Shown here piece by piece: positions 51,906 to 64,000 of a stretch of 64,000 nucleotides of DNA; position 1 is the first letter of the stretch, and every line of letters starts with the position of its first letter. Origin of the DNA: Haliotis rufescens (lineage: Eukaryota); the NCBI RefSeq assembly GCF_023055435.1, contig NW_025964112.1, positions 32,178,001 to 32,242,000 on the forward strand, given 5' to 3'. The position numbers and the translations under genes were made by a program. The notes beneath the pieces were generated by a model, which did no database searches, had not been told where the DNA came from, and saw only the letters and a program-made list of their open reading frames with translations.

Positions 51906-52740
51906 AACCATCTTGAAGCCTTCGTCCCACTAACCTGCAACCTTCTTTAGACATTCAATATGTTGACATGCAACCACCTTGAATCATTCGTCCCAATAAC
52001 CTGCAACCTTCTTTAGACATTCAATATGTTGACATGCAACCACCTTGAATCATTCGTCCCACTAACCTGCAACCTTCTTTAGACATTCAATATGTTGACA
52101 TGCAACCACCTTGAATCATTCGTCCCACTAACCTGCAACCTTCTTTAGACATTCAATATGTTGACATGCAACCACCTTGAATCATTCGTCCCACTAACCT
52201 GCAACCTTCTTTGGACATTCAATATGTTGACATGCAACCACCTTGAATCATTCGTCCCACTAACCTGCAACCTTCTTTAGACATTTAATATGTTGACATG
52301 CAACCACCTTGAATCATTCGTCCCACTAACCTGCAACCTTCTTTAGACATTCAATATGTTGACATGCAACCACCTTGAATCATTCGTCCCAATAACCTGC
52401 AACCTTCTTTAGACATTCAATATGTTGACATGCAACCACCTTGAATCATTCGTCCCACTAACCTGCAACCTTCTTTAGACATTCAATATGTTGACATGCA
52501 ACCACCTTGAATCATTCGTCCCACTAACCTGCAACCTTCTTTAGACATTCAATATGTTGACATGCAACCACCTTGAATCATTCGCCCCACTAACCTGCAA
52601 CCTTCTTTAGACATTCAATATGTTGACATGCAACCACCTTGAATCATTCGTCCCACTTACCTGCAACCTTCTTTAGACATTCAATATGTTGACATGCAAC
52701 CACCTTGAATCATTCGTCCCACTAACCTGCAACCTTCTGG
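51906..52740. repeat. 66-bp dimeric higher-order repeat of the 33-bp family
   Basis: ttgaatcattcgtcccactaacctgcaaccttc + tttagacattcaatatgttgacatgcaaccacc. Confidence 0.95.
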
Positions 52741-53224
52741 AAGCATTCATTGCACTGATAAGCAATCATCTTGAAACATTCAGCATACTGACATGTACTC
52801 ATCTTGAAACACACAATACTTCATGAAAGCACATTGTAGCATTAGTTAACCTGACTTGCATCCATCTTGAAACACTGAGTTTATTTTCATGTAACTATCT
52901 TGAAGCATACTGACATATATGCAATCTTGAAGCATTCGTCACACTGACATGCAACATGCATCTTGAAGCCTTACTGACGAGCAACCATCTTGAAGCATTC
53001 GTCATATCGACACATAACCGTCTTAAACAGCCATTACCTTGGCTTACAGCGTTTTTGAACAAAAGAGTGTTTCAATATTGTTACAAGTCAATACCATGAC
53101 TATTTAAAACAACGATGTATACCAGGTTCATGGATGTTTGAAGATGGTTGCAGGTCAGTGTGACGAATGCCTCAAGATGTTTGCATGTCAGTACGCTGAA
53201 TGCCTAAAGATAGTTTCATCTCAA

Positions 53225-55620
53225 AATGTACAACCAGCATGTCATACACCTTACACACATACATCCAGCATGTCATTCTCCTCACACATATACATCCAGC
53301 AAGTGATACAACTTACACACATACATCCAGCAAGTGATACACCTTACACACATACATCCAGCAAATGATACTCCTCACACACATACATCCAGCAAATGAT
53401 ACACCTTACACACATACATCCAGCAAGTGATACTCCTCACACACATACATCCAGGAAAGTGATACACCTCACACACATACATCTAGCAAGTGATACTCCT
53501 CACACACATACATCCAGCATGTCATTCTCCTCACACATATACATCCAGCAAGTGATACAACTTACACACATACATCCAGCAAGTGATACACCTTACATAC
53601 ATTCACCCAGCAAGTGATACTCCTCACACACATACATCCAGCATGTCATTCTCCTCACACATATACATCCAGCAAGTGATACAACTTACACACATACATC
53701 CAGTAAGTGATACACCTTACACACATACATCCAGCAAATGATACTCCTCACACACATACATCCAGCATGTCATTCTCCCCACACATATACATCCAGCAAG
53801 TGATACACCTTACATACATTCACCCAGCAAATGATACTCCTCACACACATACATCCAGCAAGTGATACTCCTCACACACATACATCCAGCAAGTGATACT
53901 CCTTACACACATACATCCAGCAAATGATACTCCTCACACACATACATCCAGCATGTCATTCTCCCCACACATATACATCCAGCAAGTGATACACCTTACA
54001 TACATTCACCCAGCAAATGATACTCCTCACACACATACATCCAGCAAGTGATACTCCTCACACATATACATCCAGCAAGTGATACACCTTACATACATTC
54101 ACCCAGCAAATGATACTCCTCACACACATACATCCAGCAAGTGATACTCCTCACACACATACATCCAGCAAGTGATACAACTTACACACATACATCCAGC
54201 AAGTGATACTCCTCACACACATACATCCAGCAAATGATACTCCTCACACACATACATCCAGCATGTCATTCTCCCCATACACATACATCCAGGAAAGTGA
54301 TACACCTCACAGACATACATCCAGCAAGTGATACACCTTACATACATTCACCCAGCAAGTGATACTCCTCACACACATACATCCAGCATGTCATTCTCCC
54401 CATACACATACATCCAGCAAGTGATACACCTTACATACATTCATCCAGCAAGAGATACTCCTCACACACATACATCCAGCAAGTGATACTCCTCACACAC
54501 ATACATCTAGCAAGTGATACTCCTCACACACATACATCCAGCATGTCATTCTCCTCACACATATACATCCAGCAAGTGATACAACTTACACACATACATC
54601 CAGCAAGTGATACACCTTACACACATACATCCAGCAAATGATACACCTTACATACATTCACCCAGCAAGTGATACTCCTCACACATATACATCCAGCAAG
54701 TGATACTCCTCACACATATACATCCAGCAAATGATACTCCTCACACACATACATCCAGCAAATGATACTCCTCACACATATACATCCAGCAAGTGATACT
54801 CCTCACACACATACATCCAGCATGTGATACTCCTCACACACATACATCCAGCAAGTGATACTCCTCACACATATACAACCAGCAAATGATACTCCTTACA
54901 CACATACATCCAGCAAGTGATACTCCTCACACACATACATCCAGCAAGTGATACACCTTACACACATACATCCAGCAAGTGATACTCCTCACACACATAC
55001 ATCCAGCATGTGATACTCCTCACACACATACATCCAGCAAGTGATACTCCTCACACATATACAACCAGCAAATGATACTCCTTACACACATACATCCAGC
55101 AAGTGATACTCCTCACACACATACATCCAGCATGTGATACACCTTACACACATACATCCAGCAAGTGATACTCCTCACACACATACATCCAGCAAGTGAT
55201 ACTCCTCACACATATACATCCAGCAAGTGATACACCTCACACACATACATCTAGCAAGAGATACTCCTCATACACATACATCCAGCAAGAGATACTCCTC
55301 ACACACATACATCCAGCAAGTGATACTCCTCACACATATACATCCAGCAAGTGATACTCCTCACACACATACATCCAGGAAAGTGATACACCTCACACAC
55401 ATACATCCAGCATGTGATACACCTTACACACATACATCCAGCAAGTGATACTCCTTACACATATACAACCAGCAAGTGATACTCCTCACACACATACAAC
55501 CTGCAAGTGATTGACATCACACACATACATCCAGCAAGTGATACACCTCACACACATTCAACCAGCAAGTGATACTCCTCACACACATACAACCAGCATG
55601 TCATACTCCTCACACACATA
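53225..55620. repeat. 31-bp minisatellite
   Basis: Unit catccagcaagtgatactcctcacacacata. Confidence 0.97.
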
Positions 55621-56872
55621 TACATGAATCCACAGATCCACTGCAATCGGGTGATTATCATCGTACTTTACTTAACTTATGGGGTTATTGTGGTTAGGGA
55701 TTGTCTCGATAATGTATTATTTAACGCTGCTCCATTGTCTGACTGATGGGACATCTGACTTATAGGGGTAATCCGCGCCTACAATCAATCTGTATTATAT
55801 AACGTGAGCGAAGGTTGACGTCTATTCCGCATCACCAACCACGGACATTATATATCACCTGTCAAGGCCAGACACAGTACAGGAATGAGTCGATTTAGGA
55901 AACACCTCCACGGTATTGGTTTAACATTGTCACATACAAACGTATTTATTATTTATTCCGTATTCTCTAAATAACCAAATTATTGCTTATCGATCGCCTT
56001 ATTCGGTGATGCATATTGTGACTGACTAGATTAAGTTTTACGCTGGAATTATTTCTATCTATGAATAAAACATTGACAAAATCGATCTGAAATACCCACT
56101 TTTGGGCTATACAAAAAGGGTGTGGTATCCAAACAAAGCATGGTTAAGCCTTAGACAACATGCAACGTGATGGATGCGTATAGTTACGCATGTATTGTGT
56201 ACTTTCTCGTCATTAAGGAAATTATGGTTTTCCATGTTTTGTGTGATATGTTTGGCATTATCATCACCCCCAACCCCCAAACACCCCAACACCCCAACCC
56301 CACCCATCCCTTCGCTCTGTCATATTTGTCCCTACTGCCTGGTTGCTGGATAAACCACGATACATGGGGGTGTGAACAGATACGTTATACGATATTAATA
56401 AGGTTTTACAGTTACAAGTAGCCTAACCTAGACCTTGATGTTCTGTCATTAACAGCTTCAGAACTATATGGTTTCAATATGGCAACACGGCTTGTAATTG
56501 TTTCGGTAATTCTTCAACACAAGTCTTAGGGATATTTTATGAAAAGCAGTGTGTCAATCTTTAATCTCTTAAAACAGTTTTGTTCCGTTAATCACAATAT
56601 TAGAAAACACTGGGAAGTTTATAGATCCCGAGATGGGGATAGCATTATAAGCTACGTACAGTATCGTGTTTATGTGCCAACATTACTTTCCTCGGTATCG
56701 TTAGAACCACTAGAGTGTACAGCTCTAATCCAATTTAATGTCATCAGATTGCTCTTCACCAAATGTGTTCTTTTCTGAAGAGGACGTCCTAGTTAACCTA
56801 AACAAGGAATTTCTCTATTCCGCAAGAATTTCGATGTCCTATAGTGACAGTTATTACACGCTAGTTCGAAGA

Positions 56873-57152
56873 GTGAGTGAGTGAGTTGGGATTAACGCTG
56901 CTTTTAATAGTATTCCAGTTATATCACGGGGTGTCAGCTTAATGTGGGAGGAAAGCCCGAAGTAATGCAGGTCTCAGACGTTTACCACTTTGGTGAAACC
57001 CACGAGCACGGGTATGGTGCTGACAAACCTAGAAACATAATCGGGGCGAACCGGGATTCGAACCCACAATCATAGGTTTCTGGCGTGCTCAAAGGACGCA
57101 ATTCTGCACAGCGAATCGCGGCGCCTTAGACGACTGGGCCACCCGTGCCCTA
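56873..57152 (-). mobile_element. tRNA-derived SINE family B, full-length copy
   Basis: Minus strand gggcacgggtggcccagtcgtctaaggcg..gtgggttcgaatcccgg..(CACT)n; TSD ctagttc(g/a)aaga at 56861-56872 and 57153-57164. Confidence 0.92.
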
Positions 57153-57744
57153 CTAGTTCAAAGAACGGCCATCATACTCCCTTGACAAGAGTTTCCGTTT
57201 TATGCCTAATGTTGACCTCATGTTATGTGTCAGAAATCCACGCGCTAGTGGAAAAAACACGTTAATTGTCGGCGTTGTTCACTTGCCAACAAGATGAAAG
57301 TGGTATTCTCCTGTTGCTATAAGAATGTACCGACACGTTTAAATCGCTCCACGCTCCCATATGTTGGCAATATGCGGCAGTTGACAGAATGATTGGCAAT
57401 TACACGTCCGACATTCCCCGCAATCGCTGCCATCTCTGACTGGTAACATCATTAGTTCTTGGATGGCGTCTTCAGATGTTTATCACGGCGACTATTTGTT
57501 TTATTCTTTGGCACGTCCTTCTTGGACAGTTTAACGTGGCTGCATATAGGGCTGTCTGGGGGTACTTGTTTTAAGAACTTCAATAGAATGGGTTACTGTG
57601 GAAAAGTTTATTAATTGAGGACTAAAATAGAAACTTATCACATGAAACTCAGCTCTTCCAGTGACAACATTACCACAGTACTCCATGATATATTTTCACA
57701 TTTACTACCACGTAAACATGTCATCCTTATTAAAAACTATCCTG

Positions 57745-58020
57745 TAATGTTGACACACTGATTCACAATTACCTTGTCAAGTTGACACACTGATATAAAA
57801 CTATCTTGTCATTTGACACACTGACACAAAACTATCTTGGCATGTTGACACACTGACACAAAACTATCGTTTGTCATGTTGAAACACTGATTCACAATTA
57901 CCTTGTCAAGTTGACACACTGATATAAAACTATCTTGTCATTTGACACACTGACACAAAACTATCTTGGCATGTTGACACACTGACACAAAATTATCGTT
58001 TGTCATGTTGAAACACTGAC
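57745..58020. repeat. ~32-bp tandem repeat with a duplicated ~129-bp block
   Basis: ttgacacactga..aaaactatcttg units; the four-unit block is repeated twice. Confidence 0.85.
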
Positions 58021-59165
58021 ACACATTACGTCGTGCTGTTGGTGAATGTTTCATACTTCACATTACGTCGTGCTGGTTGTGAATGTGTCATACTACACAC
58101 ATGACTTCGTCTTGGTTGTGAATGTGTCATACTACACACATTACCCCGTGCTGGTTGTAAATGTGTCATACTTCACACATTACGTCGTGCTGGTTGTGAA
58201 TGTGTCATACTATACACATCACGTCGTCTTGGTTGTGGATGTGTTATTGTGCCGCCTTGGTTGTGTATGTGTCGTGGTACACACACTACGTCAGGTTGGT
58301 TGTGTATGTGTCGTGGTACACACACTACGTCAGGTTGGTTGTGTATGTGTCGTTGTACACACACTACGTCAGGTTGTTGTGTATGTTTCGTAGTACACAC
58401 ACTACGTCAGGTTGGTTGTGTATGTGTCGTGGTACACACACTACGTCAGGTTGGTTGTGTATGTGTTATTGTGCCGTCTTGGTTGTGTATGTGTCGTGGT
58501 ACACACACTACGTCAGGTTGGTTGTGTATGTGTCGTAGTACACACACTACGTCAGGTTGGTTGTGTATGTGTCGTGGTTCACACACTACGTCTGGTTGGT
58601 TGTGTATGTGTCGTAGTACACACACTACGTCAGGTTGGTTGTGTATGTGTCGTGGTACACACACTACGTCAGGTTGGTTTATATGTGTCGTTGTACACAC
58701 ACTACGTCAGGTTGGTTGTGTATGTGTTATTGTGCCGTCTTGGTTGTGTATGTGTCGTAGTACACACACTACGTCAGGTTGGTTGTGTATCTGTCGTAGT
58801 ACACACACTACGTCAGGTTGGTTGTGTATGTGTCGTGGTTCACACACTACGTCAGGTTGGTTGTGTATGTGTCGTAGTACACACACTACGTCAGGTTGGC
58901 TGTATATGTGTTATTGTGCCGTCCTGGTTGTGTATGTGTCGTGGTACACACACTACGTAAGGTTGGTTGTGTATGAGTCGTGGTACACACACTACGTCAG
59001 ATTGGTTGTGTATGTGTCGTAGTACACACACTACGTCAGATTGGTTGTGTATGTGTCGTGGTACACACACTACGTCAGGTTGGTTGTGTATGTGTCGTAG
59101 TACACACACTACGTCAGGTTGGTTGTGTATGTGTCGTGGTACACACACTACGTCAGGTTGGTTGT
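58021..59165. repeat. 39-bp minisatellite
   Basis: Unit gtgtatgtgtcgtggtacacacactacgtcaggttggtt, with a divergent variant at 58021-58250. Confidence 0.96.
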
Positions 59166-60701
59166 CTGGCATGACGAAGAAAGGATATGAGACCAGAAAT
59201 TGCTTCGACATGGCGCCGTCACCATCTTCATGCTGCAGTGGTGACAATACCCCTGGAAGATGCACATGATTTACGCTGAAGAGGGTTTTTTACGATAACG
59301 TAAACGGGGAGCGCTCTAATGCAAAACAGATATGTTGCTTTCTATGGCCCCTTATGTACTGATTGTAGGAGAATAACGATAAGCATTTGGACAACAGGCT
59401 CATTTGTATTTAGGAAGAACAAGGACACAGTACTTGTAGTACAAGATAAGCGTAGCCCGCAAACCACTTTAATCCACTGGATTAAAGAATGTGTCTTTTT
59501 ATGTTGCCAAAATGTTGACAAAATCTCATTAAATGTGTAGTCATGTTGCCTTGTCATACAACACATCAAATCTAGTATCAACGCGATTTAGTTATCAGAG
59601 GAGGTGTCGGGTGAATTAGGTGTGACTGTTAACCATTGTAAGTAGGTATTGACCTTATTGAACATGAGTACAAAAATTAAAGAGATTAAACATCACAATT
59701 GATTTCAAAAGTTGGTGGAAGGATGTCAATGATTTCATGATAGACGTTGAACCATACAATTGTATATTTTGGTATTGTATACAAACATGGTTAACACAAA
59801 TCCAATTTGCAAAACATATCACTTTGTCTTTTTTAAATGCGACAGATCCATAAACACATCAACATCTCTTTGAATTTTTCAACGCCTCTTTTACCATATT
59901 TTGAATAAAAGCATACGTGAACCCAAGAATACAGTTTCGGTCCTTTGATGATGTGTCCAGATTGTTTTAGAAAACGTTTTTCATGAAACTGATTGCTTCC
60001 CTTCATTGTTTACTTTCAGGACATTCTCTATGTGGACAGCCACATTAATAACGTCAATATTTTCTTAAAAAATCATACATTCAGTTAATGTTCAGTGAAC
60101 ATTAAAATTTCATCAGCTACAATTAGACATTGATTAGGACAAGAGTCTTTTCCAAATAAATCCTTAGAGAGCCAGGAGCGCGGTTCTCTCACTGGGTGTA
60201 ATGTGGTTGTGTTCACTCGTGCAATAACAGAACAATGTCAGTCTCGCCATATGTCATTGATTCCGACTCTTGACTATTAACCACGAAGAGTACTACTTAA
60301 TACTGTATGTAGCCCTGTGTTGGGCTGGAACGACCGTCACGGTCGAAAGTGTAAAACTGAATGACCTCAAAACGGTACGGTAGATTTCATTTTAAAATGT
60401 CCTTGCGTTAGTATGTATTATGAATTTAAATAAAACAAGCGACAGTTTAGGAAACAATAACGCGAATTCTCATCATTATGAAATATGTTTTACATGTTGC
60501 ATATATAATTAACAACTTTGTGTTGATTTTGTTTCCCAATATCCTGCTTGTAATATATCTAAAGAAATGTCACCAGGTTATTGCCCCTGGACATTCGGTG
60601 AAGAATGTTCACCTCGCTTGGAAGACATACTCAGTTTTCAACTTTTGTTTGCAGGGAAATTGCTTTTGGCATCGGGCTTGAACGCGATCCAGAAACCAGA
60701 G

Positions 60702-60839
60702 ATGAACTGGTCGACACCACTGCCCCGAAGCACATCCGGGCATGACGTCAGCGGAAATGGTCCAACGGCGATGTTTACATCCTCCAATCAGACAAACGAA
60801 ACAGATCATACACAAGAACAGATGATAGACTTTTTTCAG
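60702..60839 (+). CDS. Neuropeptide GPCR (CCAP/NPS receptor-like), coding exon 1: extracellular N-terminus
   Basis: Acceptor ttttgtttgcag| at 60654/60655; MNWSTPLPR..SSNQTNETDHTQEQMIDFFQ with sequons NWS, NQT and NET; phase-0 donor CAG|gtgcgc at 60839 joins in frame to exon 2. The start codon could lie further upstream because the exon is open from 60655. Confidence 0.75.
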
Positions 60840-60999
60840 GTGCGCATCATCACCCTTAACGATACTTTGAATAGATTATTAATATATAAACCTTTCGTAA
60901 ATAGGCCATTATAACAGAAATAAAGGGCTTCGTGTCTGGAAGAGAAAAGAAATGACACCGTGCTAGTTGTTATAATGTACTTGTTTTTTCTGTTAGTCA

Positions 61000-61240
61000 G
61001 GGCCTGGGTGGCCCAGTCGTAGGCGCTGCATTTTGTATCTAAAACCAAAACTCTATTGTCGAGGTCTGAATCCCATATTCGCCCTGTGTAGGTTTCTTGG
61101 TTTGCCCGTACTCTGGAGTTTCAGAAAGCTGTAAACTTCTGAGGCCTGCATCAATTCGGGCTTTCCTCCCATATAAAGCTGATCGCCGTGATATAACTGG
61201 AATGCTGTTGAAAGCTGTGTTAAACACACCTCACTCGCTG
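61000..61240 (+). mobile_element. SINE family B-related copy inside the GPCR intron
   Basis: gggcctgggtggcccagtcgtaggcgc..gaatcccatattcgccc..ttcgggctttcctccca..gccgtgatataactggaat..cctcactcgct. Confidence 0.85.
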
Positions 61241-61254
61241 TTTGTATACCATAG

Positions 61255-61393
61255 GACGAGCAGATAGCATTTCTGGTGATTCTACTCCTGCTGATCATCG
61301 TCGGCAACTCGACTGTCCTCGCCGCCATTGCCCTCTCACGTGAGCGGAGAAGATCCCGGATGAACTTCTTTATTATGCACCTAGCTCTTGCAG
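61255..61393 (+). CDS. Neuropeptide GPCR (CCAP/NPS receptor-like), coding exon 2: TM1, ICL1 and start of TM2
   Basis: catag|DEQIAFLVILLLLIIVGNSTVLAAIALSRERRRSRMNFFIMHLALA(D)|gtaata; class-A GN (TM1) and LAxAD (TM2) motifs; EQ...GNS.V...SRMN.FI..LA.AD is characteristic of CCAP/NPS receptors; missed by the ORF track. Confidence 0.92.
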
Positions 61394-61483
61394 GTAATAA
61401 TGCCAAGTATAACTGCCATATTTCACATTGAATTACGATAGTCGTAACGTTTAAATTGTTTTGTAAAACGGGACTTTGTGTGT

Positions 61484-61595
61484 CAGGACTCCGTTCCACT
61501 CAGCACTCGTAGCGCTAAGGTGATCGTAACTCCGCACGTTAACATAGACTAACGACGGTCATAGCGCTAATCTCCCTTGGTGAAACGGGGCCCTG
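61484..61595. mobile_element. Short palindromic MITE (PIF/Harbinger-like)
   Basis: caggactccgttccac .. gtgaaacggggccctg ends; two internal tagcgcta palindromes. Confidence 0.7.
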
Positions 61596-62087
61596 GAAAC
61601 ATTTTACTTGTCAAAATACTAGTCACAGTGATCACCAGGACCGAGTTTAATAAAGTGATCTTAGTGCTGTCGCAACACCCATACATATACTTCGTGGGAA
61701 CTAGATCCAGATCCTTATTTTCTCCTTGGCATGAGTTATTGGGAACATGGGTTACAGCCTGTTTGGTAATACATCAAATATTGTTTTAATTAAACCCAAC
61801 CCCAAATTTTTATACCATTACCTGCCGCTTGATGTTTGTGTATGGAGAGCGGCCGTATAACTGCATTTAAAAAACAAGAAACATTAATGTTTTTAATGGA
61901 AAAAGCTTTATAGTAATGAAGTTGTCATTGCAAAGTTTTGCCACATATCCAATGCAGTTGCCATTGCACATGTTTTCACATGTTTTAGTGACAAAACAAC
62001 GAGTTCTAGTTGCAGTTATATGCAACAACGTCCTATATAGATAATAACACGCCCTGTTTAATACACTGAATTTGCATATATACTATA

Positions 62088-64000
62088 TACACTGTGTATG
62101 TGTTACTCCAATGTGGTACATGGCACTGTGTATGTGTTACTCCAATGTGGTACATGGCACTGTGTATGTGTTACTCCAACGTGGTACATGGCACTGTGTA
62201 TGTGTTACTCCAATTAGTACATGGCACTGTGTATGTGTTACTCCAATGTGGTACATGGCACTGTGTATGTGTTACTCCAATTAGTACATGGCACTGTGTA
62301 TGTGTTACTCCAATGTGGTACATGGCACTGTGTATGTGTTACTCCAATGTGGTACTTGGCACTGTGTATGTGTTACTCCAACGTGGTACATGGCACTGTG
62401 TATGTGTTACTCCAATGTGGTACATGACACTGTGTATGTGTTACTCCAATGTGGTACATGACACTGTGTATGTGTTACTCCAATGTGGTACATGACACTG
62501 TGTATGTGTTACTCCAATGTGGTACATGACACTGTGTATGTGTTACTCCAATGTGGTACATGACACTGTGTATGTGTTACTCCAATATGGTACATGGCAC
62601 TGTGTATGTGTTACTCCAATGTGGTACATGGCACTGTGTATGTGTTACTCCAATGTGGTACATGGCACTGTGTATGTGTTACTCCAATGTGGTACATGGC
62701 ACTGTGTATGTGTTACTCCAATGTGGTACATGACACTGTGTATGTGTTACTCCAATGTGGTACATGGCACTGTGTATGTGTTACTCCAATGTGGTACATG
62801 GCACTGTGTATGTGTTACTCCAATGTGGTACATGGCACTGTGTATGTGTTACTCCAATGTGGTACATGGCACTGTGTATGTGTTACTCCAATGTGGTACA
62901 TGACACTGTGTATGTGTTACTCCAATGTGGTACATGGCACTGTGTATGTGTTACTCCAATGTGGTACATGGCACTGTGTATGTGTTACTCCAATGTGGTA
63001 CATGGAACTGTGTATGTGTTACTCCAATGTGGTACATGGCACTGTGTATGTGTTACTCCAATGTGGTACATGGCACTGTGTATGTGTTACTCCAATGTGG
63101 TACATGACACTGTGTATGTGTTACTCCAATGTGGTACATGGCACTGTGTATGTGTTACTCCAATGTGGTACATGGCACTGTGTATGTGTTACTCCAATGT
63201 GGTACATGGCACTGTGTATGTGTTACTCCAATGTGGTACATGGCACTGTGTATGTGTTTCTCCAATGTGGTACATGACACTGTGTATGTGTTACTCCAAT
63301 GTGGTACATGGCACTGTGTATGTGTTACTCCAATGTGGTACATGGCACTGTGTATGTGTTACTCCAATGTGGTACATGGCACTGTGTATGTGTTACTCCA
63401 ATGTGGTACATGGCACTGTGTATGTGTTACTCCAATGTGGTACATGGCACTGTGTATGTGTTACTCCAATGTGGTACATGACACTGTGTATGTGTTACTC
63501 CAATGTGGTACATGACACTGTGTATGTGTTACTCCAATGTGGTACATGGCACTGTGTATGTGTTACTCCAATGTGGTACATGGCACTGTGTATGTGTTAC
63601 TCCAATGTGGTACATGGCACTGTGTATGTGTTACTCCAATGTGGTACATGGCACTGTGTATGTGTTACTCCAATGTGGTACATGACACTGTGTATGTGTT
63701 ACTCCAATGTGGTACATGGCACTGTGTATGTGTTACTCTAATGTGGTACATGGCACTGTGTATGTGTTACTCCAATGTGGTACATGGCACTGTGTATGTG
63801 TTACTCCAATGTGGTACATGGCACTGTGTATGTGTTACTCCAATGTGGTACATGACACTGTGTATGTGTTACTCCAATGTGGTACATGGCACTGTGTATG
63901 TGTTACTCCAATGTGGTACATGGCACTGTGTATGTGTTACTCCAATGTGGTACATGGCACTGTGTATGTGTTACTCCAATGTGGTACATGACACTGTGTA
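62088..64000. repeat. 34-bp minisatellite in GPCR intron 2, running off the window end
   Basis: Unit cactgtgtatgtgttactccaatgtggtacat(g/a), very homogeneous. Confidence 0.98.

Noticed and set aside
50046-51940. 227-aa and 211-aa repeat ORFs, including an apparent repeat-RT fusion
   Set aside because: 33-bp satellite read through into a decayed RT remnant; chance fusion
58046-59269. Cys-rich (metallothionein- or keratin-like) ORFs
   Set aside because: Translation of the 39-bp minisatellite in several frames
61053-61499. 148-aa minus-strand ORF
   Set aside because: Antisense to GPCR exon 2 and the SINE; no recognisable motifs
62072-63991. Long WHCVCVTPMWYMALCMC ORFs
   Set aside because: 34-bp satellite cycling through frames

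Overview
This is eukaryotic, AT-rich and repeat-rich genomic DNA, not prokaryotic. The SINE tails (CACT)n, the transposon spectrum and the GPCR suggest a marine invertebrate, plausibly a gastropod mollusc; this is inference. The only host coding sequence I can support is the 5' end of a spliced rhodopsin-class neuropeptide GPCR of the CCAP-receptor/neuropeptide-S-receptor type, with coding exons at 60702-60839 and 61255-61393, continuing beyond the window. Most of the preceding ~60 kb is probably upstream or 5'-UTR-intron sequence filled with mobile elements: (1) an intact DD34E Tc1 element with perfect TIRs (6768-8334); (2) a fully bounded but frameshifted Academ element of the AcademX type (transposase, XPG/FEN1-like nuclease and Cys-rich finger; TAG..CTA termini; 3-bp TAT target-site duplication, TSD; 25655-29224); (3) decayed Tc1, mariner and MULE copies and several MITEs; (4) four Penelope-like RT remnants; (5) two tRNA-derived SINE families. 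About a dozen minisatellite arrays are present, some showing unit turnover and higher-order dimer formation. Nearly all long ORFs in the supplied track outside the transposons are artefacts of tandem repeats. There is no CRISPR array, rRNA or bona fide tRNA gene. I found no demonstrably new biological system. The best leads are the AcademX element, a conserved 3' motif in permuted Penelope-like elements, a SINE with an expanded tRNA-Leu/Ser-like head, and a SINE tail lying in the branch-point zone of the GPCR intron.
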